Assembly: GCA_011109175.1 (NCBI GenBank)
Contig: RDEW01000001.1
Span: 892,171-938,706 of the forward strand
DNA length: 46,536 nt
DNA from: Dicyema japonicum
Taxonomy: Eukaryota > Animalia > Dicyemida
Reading direction: 5' to 3'
The position numbers and the translations under genes are program-made. Within the stretch, counting starts at the first letter, position 1, and each line of letters begins with the position of its first letter. The notes under the pieces are model-generated. The model did no database searches. It had not been told where the DNA came from and saw only the letters and a program-made list of their open reading frames with translations. This document shows, piece after piece, positions 38,490-46,536 of this stretch.

Positions 38490-38945
38490 GACTGGTCCTT
38501 TCTTTATAGCGCCACTCTCATGCTATGCTACCTTAGTGTAATAACTTCCACTTTCAATCCGACTACCTTTTCCCGCCTAATGTAGTCTCTCATAAATGGA
38601 GCCACTTTCTTATGCCATGTTGCTATGTTATACTAATGACTTCCACTTGCAATCTGATTTCCTCCTCTCGCCAATATAGCCTCCTAAATAGAGCCTTTTC
38701 TCGAACTATGTCGTTGAGTTATACTAATAAGTTTTACTTACAACTCGACTACCTTCCCCCGCCAATTCAGTCTCATATAAAAGGAGCCATTTTCTTTTGT
38801 CATGTCGTTGAGTTATGCTAATAACTTCCACTTACAACTCGACTACCTTCCCCCCGACAATGCAGTCTCATATAAACGGAGCCATTTTCTCGTGTTATGT
38901 CGTTGAATTATGCTAATGGATCTCATCGGAATCTGATTACTTTCT
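38490..38945. repeat. Diverged minisatellite, 5 units of 90-95 bp
   Basis: The GCC anchor of the GAGCCA-like motif lies at 38511, 38601, 38693, 38786 and 38881; shared TATGTCGTTGA.TTAT.CTAAT and ACTT.CAA.TCGACTACC blocks. Confidence 0.8.
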
Positions 38946-39509
38946 ATTTAATTATTCGTTTTTAATGAGTTAGTGCTTGTTCTAGTTTTTTCAAAAAACG
39001 ATCTTTATCACGGTAACCTGTAGTGTCCCGCCATATAGAATGACTCATGGAATCATGCCTTCACTTATTAATGGAATCATTTAACTTGTCACGTGCTAAA
39101 AACAAATAAATAAAAAATAGTAAAAAAACATCATTTTCTGATTAAAATTAGTGAAAGCAGTTAATCGGAGTTATTATAAGCACTTTAAATGCTGCGTTGC
39201 CTCTCAAAATAGGAATCCACCAGATCAGCAGTAGGGGCATCGAGTTTGGGTTCTGAATGCGGAGACGTCACATGTTCTACAAATAAGACAGAAGTTTCAT
39301 CAACCCAATCATGTTAATTAGACTTTCAATTCTAAAAACCCCTTCTTCCTTAAGAAAAACAGCTTCTTCGTTGTCCTTTATTCATACCAACCACCAAATA
39401 TTTAATTAAATGAGTTGTCAGCTCCGAATGTTGGGTAGATTAGGTAAAGCTATCTCCCACCTTAGACCACCCGTCTCTCCCCTGCAAAAACAATAATAAT
39501 ACCTTTTAG

Positions 39510-39800
39510 CAACAACTAATTAAATGTATCCAGTTTCCATTGTCACAGAAACAGAGTCCTTCCAGCGTCACACGAGTCCATCCGTAACCACCATAAAAGG
39601 TAAAAGACGTCCATTCTTTGCAGTTGTAGAAGCTCCACCTAGTGGAGTGGGAAAGAGAAAATGATCATTTTTCGTGCTATCCTGACACTGGGCGCCACTT
39701 AAGACAAATGGATCACACGAGGCCACTCTAGTAGAAAAAGTTAGAGGAGGAACAGACGAAACAAAATATCTTAGGTTAAGTAACCACATGGCACCATAAT
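39510..39800 (-). mobile_element. Copy of the ~250-bp LINE-end unit
   Basis: AATTAAATGTATCCAGTTTCC...AGACGTCCATTCTTTGCAGTTGT...GAAAATGATCATTTTTCGTG is the reverse complement of the 25790-25935 type. Confidence 0.7.
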
Positions 39801-41680
39801 ATCGTTGGTACGCGGCTTATCCTTTATTCCACCACATCTAATAACTAAGTTAAATTTTTGTTTTTATTAATTTATATATTTTATTTATTTTTTATTTAAA
39901 TCCCAAGACGACCAAGAAAGAAAGGTTGCATTCACTAATTATGCGATTCCAATCTCCAATTTCTCCCGAACTCTNNNNAACAAAAAATCTTAGGTTAAGT
40001 AACCACATGGCACCATAATATCGTTGGTACGCGGCTTATCCTTTATTCCACCACATCTAATAACTATGTTAAATTTTTGTTTTTATTAATTTATATATTT
40101 TATTTATTTTTTATTTAAATCCCAAGACGACCAAGAAAGAAAGGTTGCATTCACAAATTATGCGATTCCAATCTCCAATATCTCCCGAACTCTCCTGAAT
40201 TGTTCCGTCAGCGGTTCAACTGCCCTCATGGTCCATCGGAATTCCTCTGCATGAGCCACCCTTTCTCTGAACGGGTTTCCTAGCTCCTTGTAGAAACGTA
40301 AGAGACCCTGGTCATTTCTCATCGTCGTCTCCTCAGAAAGTGTGATGAATGAACTATCGGCTTGCATGAGCCGTGTGTTTTGACGTTCGATCCTCAAAAA
40401 AGAAAGGGAAAATCTTTAGGATGGACAAGCATATTCAATAACTTGAAGGTAGAGTTTACTGATACGAGCTACAGGCGGAAGGGGTCTCTTCTTGATAATA
40501 TCTTTTAGAACATTTTACTTTCGATACTTCTTCTGTGTGATTAATTATGGGTTGAGTGCTTTGTCTGAGTGTATAATACAAAAAGGTCATTTTTGGTCAA
40601 AATTCCCATCTCCAATCGGATTCCTCCTCAATATGAGATTTAAGGTGGACATTTTCAAGCAAATCGTTTTCATGGATGATAAATAATTGGAGACCATTTG
40701 GAAATGAGATCTCTGCAGTTCCTTTCCCAAGTCTACAGCCTAGACCAAAAATCTAAAACTCAAATCAATGTATGGGCCATTTTATTATCCGTAATTTTTT
40801 GGGCCATTTTTTGAAATTAAATTAATAATTTTTTNGAAACAAAAAATCTTAAGCTAAGTAACCACATGGCACCATGATATCGTTGGTACGCGGCTTATCC
40901 TTTATTCCACCACATCTAATAACTAAGTTAAATTTTTGTTTTTATTAATTTATATATTTTATTTATTTTTTATTTAAATCCCAAGACGACCAAGAAAGAA
41001 AGGTTGCATTCACAAATTATGCGATTCCAATCTCCAATATCTCTCGAACTCTCCTGAATTGTTCCACCAGCGGTTCAACTGCCCTCATGATCCATCAGAA
41101 TTCCTCTGCATGAGCCACCCTTTCTTCGAACGGGTTTCCTAGCTCCTTGTAGAAACGTAAGAGACCCTGGTCATTTCTCATCGTCGTCTCCTCAGAAAGT
41201 GTGATGAATGAACTATCGGCTTGCATGAGCCGTGTGTTTTACGCATGATAGAGTTTATACGTTCGATCCTCAAAAAAGAAAGGGAAAATCTTTAGGATGG
41301 ACAAGCATATTCAATAACTTGAAAATAGAGTTTACTGATAAGAGGTACAGGCGGGAGGGGTCTCTTCTTGATAATATCTTTTAGAACATTTTACTTTCGA
41401 TACTTCTTCTGTGTGATTATGGGTTGAGTGTTTTGTCTGAGTGTATAATACAAAAAGGTCATTCTTTGGTCAAAATTCCCATTTCCAATCGGATTCCTCC
41501 TCAATATGAGATTTAAGGTGGACATTTTAAAGCAAATTGTTTTCATGGGTGATAAACAATTGGAGACCATTTAAAAATGAGATCTCTGCAGTTTCTTTCC
41601 CAAGTCTACAGCCTAGACCAGGAATCTAAAACTCAAATCAATGTATGGGCCATTTTTTGAGATTAAATTAATAATTTTTT
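39770..41680. repeat. Nested direct duplications around Ns (39975-39978, 40835) containing a minus-strand LINE remnant
   Basis: 39770-39974 recurs from about 39985; 39985-40830 recurs at 40840-41680 with few-percent divergence; minus frame VIEYACPS near 40430. Confidence 0.8.
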
Positions 41681-41689
41681 AACTTTTAC

Positions 41690-42170
41690 ATGGCATCTCC
41701 ACCAGACTTAAACTGGAGATTTGCAGGACTCACAAATGCCGATGTGGCACCACCGTCGATTGTTATGGGAACTATGTCCTCTAGTGTCGAAGAAAACAGG
41801 ACAATTCTCTAGACACAAGGCGATCCACGGAATTGTCAAGCGAGCCTTGGAATCTGCGAGATACCGCGCCATACTTGAGCCTGTTAGCCTGGACAGAAGA
41901 GAAGGAAAACGTCCTGACGGGATCACAATCTTCCCATTCGAAAAGGAGAAACGGTTGGTCTGGGTTGCTGCTTGTGTCGACCCACTTTGCCAATCCAACA
42001 TTGTCGGAAGCGCGGTATACACACTCGATGCCGCGAAAAAAACGACGAGGGCAAAGGAGAAGAAATACGAAGCTCTACGCGACCGATCGCGTTGTATCCC
42101 ATTGTGGTCGAGACAACAGAAGGAGTAAGTGTAGAATCGCTTTGCTTCCTATATAAACTCTGCTAGAACG
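41690..42170 (+). mobile_element. CRE-clade retrotransposon fragment (zinc knuckle + RLE)
   Basis: HKCRCGTTVD / GQFSRHKAIHGIVKRALESARYRAILEPVSLDRREGKRPDGITIFPFEKEKRLVWVAACVDP...KEKKYEAL (RH, EP and RPDG hallmarks of the RLE domain). Confidence 0.9.
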
Positions 42171-42224
42171 TTTCAAGACAAGGGAATTAGTTAGTTTGGT
42201 ATTACCATTGATTTTTGGAATAAT

Positions 42225-42635
42225 TTGATTAAACAAACATCCACACTGTTACTACGGAAAAAACTAATCGTTATCTCAATACCTTACGGAACAACGAGAT
42301 TTTCTAGAATGGCAAAGTCTCCTGAAAATCCCCTTAGGTCGGAAGTCAAACTTTATTCCACACTGTTACTACGGAAAAAACTAATCGTTATCTTAATACC
42401 TTACGGAACAACGAGATTTTCTAGAATGGCAAAGTCTCCTGAAAATCCCCTTAGGTCGGAAGTCAAACGTTATCGGGAAACATGCCTGAGATACGAGTAG
42501 AAACTCTTTTCGGAGATTAATAAAAGACTTCAAAATTAACCGCATGAGAAAGCATGGTATAGACACCGGGATCACTTAATTTAGAAGATAACCCTTCTAT
42601 TTTTTGTGATTCCCGTGTCAATAAATTAAATTAAG
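42225..42635 (+). mobile_element. LINE-like 3' end with internal 117-bp tandem duplication (42240-42468)
   Basis: Ends CCGGGATCACTTAATTT...CCCGTGTCAATAAATTAAATT like the other LINE termini. Confidence 0.55.
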
Positions 42636-43064
42636 CGAACATGGATTAGAACACTAGACAAGATTTGAAGAGATCGAAGACTGACAATTCCAATGAAGAT
42701 GATTTAGTAATTGGGGGATCCGGTGTCCTTCGAGTCTATTAAGATAGTAACAACTTTATTAGGAACTGAATTCAGAAAGTATAATATCTTAGTCCTGCCT
42801 CGTGACTGGAAATTTAGCCAGGCTTCTCTCTACCTTAATCAGGTCCTTACTTATATGTAAGTGCAACAAAAAATTACCATCTTCTACATGTTTACTTAGT
42901 CTTTTGAACAAGATACGTTCGATTATTTTCGAGATAGAGCATACCTAACTAATTTTAGCTCGATGGATCTCTCCAGAACAACTTCAAGTTTTATATTTGT
43001 TAATAATGGATACGAACACATATGTCGTTGCCAACCCGGCTTCGTATTCATTTATATGAATTTT

Positions 43065-44007
43065 NNNNNNNNNNNNNNNNNNNNNNNNNNNNNNNNNNNN
43101 NNNNNNNNNNNNNNNNNNNNNNNNNNNNNNNNNNNNNNNNNNNNNNNNNNNNNNNNNNNNNNNNNNNNNNNNNNNNNNNNNNNNNNNNNNNNNNNNNNNN
43201 NNNNNNNNNNNNNNNNNNNNNNNNNNNNNNNNNNNNNNNNNNNNNNNNNNNNNNNNNNNNNNNNNNNNNNNNNNNNNNNNNNNNNNNNNNNNNNNNNNNN
43301 NNNNNNNNNNNNNNNNNNNNNNNNNNNNNNNNNNNNNNNNNNNNNNNNNNNNNNNNNNNNNNNNNNNNNNNNNNNNNNNNNNNNNNNNNNNNNNNNNNNN
43401 NNNNNNNNNNNNNNNNNNNNNNNNNNNNNNNNNNNNNNNNNNNNNNNNNNNNNNNNNNNNNNNNNNNNNNNNNNNNNNNNNNNNNNNNNNNNNNNNNNNN
43501 NNNNNNNNNNNNNNNNNNNNNNNNNNNNNNNNNNNNNNNNNNNNNNNNNNNNNNNNNNNNNNNNNNNNNNNNNNNNNNNNNNNNNNNNNNNNNNNNNNNN
43601 NNNNNNNNNNNNNNNNNNNNNNNNNNNNNNNNNNNNNNNNNNNNNNNNNNNNNNNNNNNNNNNNNNNNNNNNNNNNNNNNNNNNNNNNNNNNNNNNNNNN
43701 NNNNNNNNNNNNNNNNNNNNNNNNNNNNNNNNNNNNNNNNNNNNNNNNNNNNNNNNNNNNNNNNNNNNNNNNNNNNNNNNNNNNNNNNNNNNNNNNNNNN
43801 NNNNNNNNNNNNNNNNNNNNNNNNNNNNNNNNNNNNNNNNNNNNNNNNNNNNNNNNNNNNNNNNNNNNNNNNNNNNNNNNNNNNNNNNNNNNNNNNNNNN
43901 NNNNNNNNNNNNNNNNNNNNNNNNNNNNNNNNNNNNNNNNNNNNNNNNNNNNNNNNNNNNNNNNNNNNNNNNNNNNNNNNNNNNNNNNNNNNNNNNNNNN
44001 NNNNNNT
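43065..44007. other. Assembly gap (N run)
   Basis: Run of N; the three long X-filled ORFs here are artefacts. Confidence 1.
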
Positions 44008-44268
44008 TATTCGAATTAATTTAGAATTCAATGCTTAATTCGCGTATTATCACGGATTTCATCAGAAAATAACGCGGCAAATGTTTGCTGATTCTAATTT
44101 GATTATTTGACGTAGAACTAAAAATGTTATTTCTTTGCTTTTGAGTTTCGGTTTACAAAAATCTGATCAAATCTGTAACGTCATCTCTGTTTTTTTGTTT
44201 CGGCTTACAAAAATCTGATCAATTCGATGATGGCGGAAATGTAATGAAACATTGAACAAGACTCCTTC

Positions 44269-44523
44269 TAAACAAAGAACCCCAGTGAAATGTAATTAAT
44301 CGCCTTGTAGACATCGCTTACTTTTTATATTTCTGAAATTTTTTTATTAATTTTATATTTTTAGAAAGTAATTTTGTTAAATAAAGTTTCCATTATAAAC
44401 AAAGAACCCCAGTGAAATGTAATTAATCGCCTTGTAGACATCGCTTACTTTTTATATTTCTGAAATTTTTTTATTAATTTTATATTTTTAGAAAGTAATT
44501 TTGTTAAATAAAGTTTCCATTAT
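44269..44523. repeat. Exact tandem duplication, period 127 bp
   Basis: Two identical units starting TAAACAAAGAACCCCAGTG. Confidence 0.9.
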
Positions 44524-44524
44524 G

Positions 44525-44710
44525 GTCTGCAGCCATTGAGCACGCTATGGGAAGTAACTCACAAGCCATCACGTCATTGTAGGTTCACCCTTCCGCTTCC
44601 CCGATTAAAACTCAGACGTGCTCGGGTCAATAACGCCAGACGTCTCAACTGGAAAACGAACCGGTCTACGATGTCTTGGTTATTCTTCCTTTTCGAATCT
44701 TTAGCAGTGT
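44525..44710 (-). mobile_element. Degenerate CRE 3' fragment
   Basis: Minus frames give QDIVDRFVF / PVETSGVIDPSTSEF. Confidence 0.55.
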
Positions 44711-44931
44711 AGGTACGGAACCCACGTGGAACGATGACTTTAGCATATTCCCATTAGAGAAAGTGTCCGTATACGTTGAATCCTAAGAAGACACCTCACT
44801 TGATTTCTGTTAAGATTAGGCCATTAGTGAATGATTCATTTGCTTTGGGAGCGTTAATTTGAGCATGAAAAATGCCAAATATTCATTAACGTTCTAGTAT
44901 TTAAAATAATCAATAATTATTTAGTGTGATT

Positions 44932-45178
44932 TTTTTATAAAATAATTTTTTTTAACAATTAAACAAATGTCAGTTGAGGAAGCCTGCTGCGTGGATTGCA
45001 AACGAGCTCTATCGGAGTATGGCTATTCCAATCTTTTGTCTTATCCATAACCCTTCTTGTTGATCCCTTTTCTTTCTGGCAAGCAATCCTCCGAGTTCTC
45101 GCAAGAAATCAGCCGTCATTGGACCAACGGCTCCCGATGATTCGGTCGCAACAGGAGTAAATCCCCGAGGCAAGAATA
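44932..45178 (-). mobile_element. 5'-truncated CRE insertion with candidate 11-bp target-site duplication
   Basis: Reverse complement matches 9125-9375; TTAGTGTGATT occurs at 44921-44931 and 45179-45189. Confidence 0.85.
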
Positions 45179-45214
45179 TTAGTGTGATTATATATTACTC
45201 ATAAACTTCCAATT

Positions 45215-45560
45215 TTGGGCTTGCATCTTATCGGCCTCTTCCTCCACACCGGTGCTTGGCTGAATACATGTCCATTATCTTCATTGGGTTTTCTTATGGA
45301 TCGAGATGTTATTCAAATTTGTCCTTCCAGTAGTCTCAAGGTAGAGCAGTGTCAGTCTCATCCCTGTCGATGTAGATCTGTTGTGGACCGCAAAGGGTTT
45401 CATCGCTCTCTTGTCGACGCAGCAATGGCCAATTCTCAAGACATTCCACTATTAACAGGGTCTTAAAGCGTGCTCTTGAAACGAGTGGATTCTCGTCATC
45501 TTTGGAAACGGTGTGGATAGTGGAGATGGGATCACTGTCTTTCATTTCTCTTGAGGGTAT
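45215..45560 (+). mobile_element. CRE fragment (GAWL to RLE start)
   Basis: HTGAWLNTCPLSSLG...HPCRCRSVVDRKGFH... / GLKACS...SSLET...DGITVF. Confidence 0.8.
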
Positions 45561-45784
45561 GCACTGACACCTTTATTTAGTCAAGATTTTTAGACTCCGT
45601 GTCGAATTTTTTTCTTCAATCGATTTGCAAACGCAAGAGGGGACGCTACCGAGTAGAGGTGGATACAATGGAGCACTGACACCTTTATTTAGTCAAGATT
45701 TTTAGACTCCGTGTCGAATTTTTTTCTACAATCGATTTGCAAACGCAAGAGGAGACGCTACCGAGTAGAGGTGAATACAATGGA
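45561..45784. repeat. Tandem duplication, period 112 bp
   Basis: Two units starting GCACTGACACCTTTATTTAG with a few substitutions. Confidence 0.9.
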
Positions 45785-46098
45785 AGACTACATACTTATG
45801 ATGGTGTTGCTAATTGTGGGAACTGAGAAACCTATGAAACCTTCAAGTTGACAACCCATTCTGACTTCCTAAATTACGTCTCTACTAAATAGAGCAAATT
45901 GAATAAATATTCAACACTAAGAGATCCAATCCTCTAAATGGGTGAAAGACTGCACCAGAACTAAGTGCCGTCGGGGACAGAGATAATTTTCACAGCTCCT
46001 GGGAATGACTATCGTCCGTGGTGATGGCCAAAATTTCTTAGCATCCGAGCATATTGTACTTATAATATGCCTTTCCGTCGACGACTATTAATGTTTCC

Positions 46099-46536
46099 AT
46101 TACTCATCTCAGCTAAGGCAGAACTCACAGTACATTTGAGAAGTTAAGAACGGTTATGCTAATTAGTCCATGACATAAATAAATTCTTGTTTTTTTCTGT
46201 TTCCGTGAGACTCCCTGATACAATTCGGTTCCGCAGTGATGAATCATTGGTGACGGCGTCACCCGTCAATCCCAAACCATCGTAGATGCGTGGAGCCTTC
46301 GAACAAAATAGACAGCTGCGANTTACTCATCTCAGCTAAGGCAGAACTCACAGTACATTTGAGAAGTTAGGAACGGTTATGCTAATTAATCCATGACATA
46401 AATAAATTCTTGTTTTTTTTCTGTTTCCGTGTTAGTCCTTGACACAATCCGGTTCCGCGGTGATGAATCACTGGTGACGGCGTCACCCGTCAATCCCAAA
46501 CTATCGTAGATGCGTGGAGCCTTCGAACAAAATAGA
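46099..46536. repeat. ~220-bp duplication around N at 46322, each copy carrying the hairpin-rich element
   Basis: TTACTCATCTCAGCTAAGG...CCTTCGAACAAAATAGA occurs twice with about 5% differences. Confidence 0.85.

Noticed and set aside
38490-38945. CRISPR array
   Set aside because: Eukaryotic context, no identical repeats with unique spacers and no cas genes; the entire unit is repeated.
42963-44038. Long ORFs of 327-353 aa, and those at 12273-12605
   Set aside because: They consist almost entirely of translated N gaps.

Overview
AT-rich (roughly 35% GC, estimated by eye) eukaryotic nuclear draft scaffold from a fast-evolving organism with ultra-short spliceosomal introns. A dicyemid or a similarly reduced animal or protist parasite fits, but this is inference only. 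I spliced four protein genes by hand: a C2H2 zinc-finger protein (2558-3316 +), RPL5/uL18 (17662-18627 +), a PCGF/BMI1-like RING+RAWUL protein (31030-29604 -) and glucose-6-phosphate isomerase (36406-38390 +, 13 introns of 21-30 nt). There is one tRNA-Lys(UUU). Most of the remainder is decayed mobile DNA: about 13 fragments of CRE-clade (RT + restriction-like endonuclease) retrotransposons, many I/Jockey-group and RTE-like LINE fragments, a Ginger2-like integrase relic and a pogo/Tigger-type non-autonomous TIR element. Strongest unexplained signals: (1) the palindrome CACGTG occurs at least 34 times against about 4-5 expected, in exons, introns and dead transposons alike, and appears to shape amino-acid choice (HIP1-like behaviour in a eukaryote); (2) an in-frame TAA sits at the conserved Gln511 of an otherwise intact GPI; (3) micro-introns have almost no donor consensus, yet a perfect splice-signal set inside a conserved exon is apparently ignored; (4) a dispersed ~70-nt hairpin-rich element keeps a hairpin despite sequence change. 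Several duplications flanking N characters look like uncollapsed haplotypes. All counts and alignments were done by eye; no database searches were run, and mobile-element boundaries are approximate.
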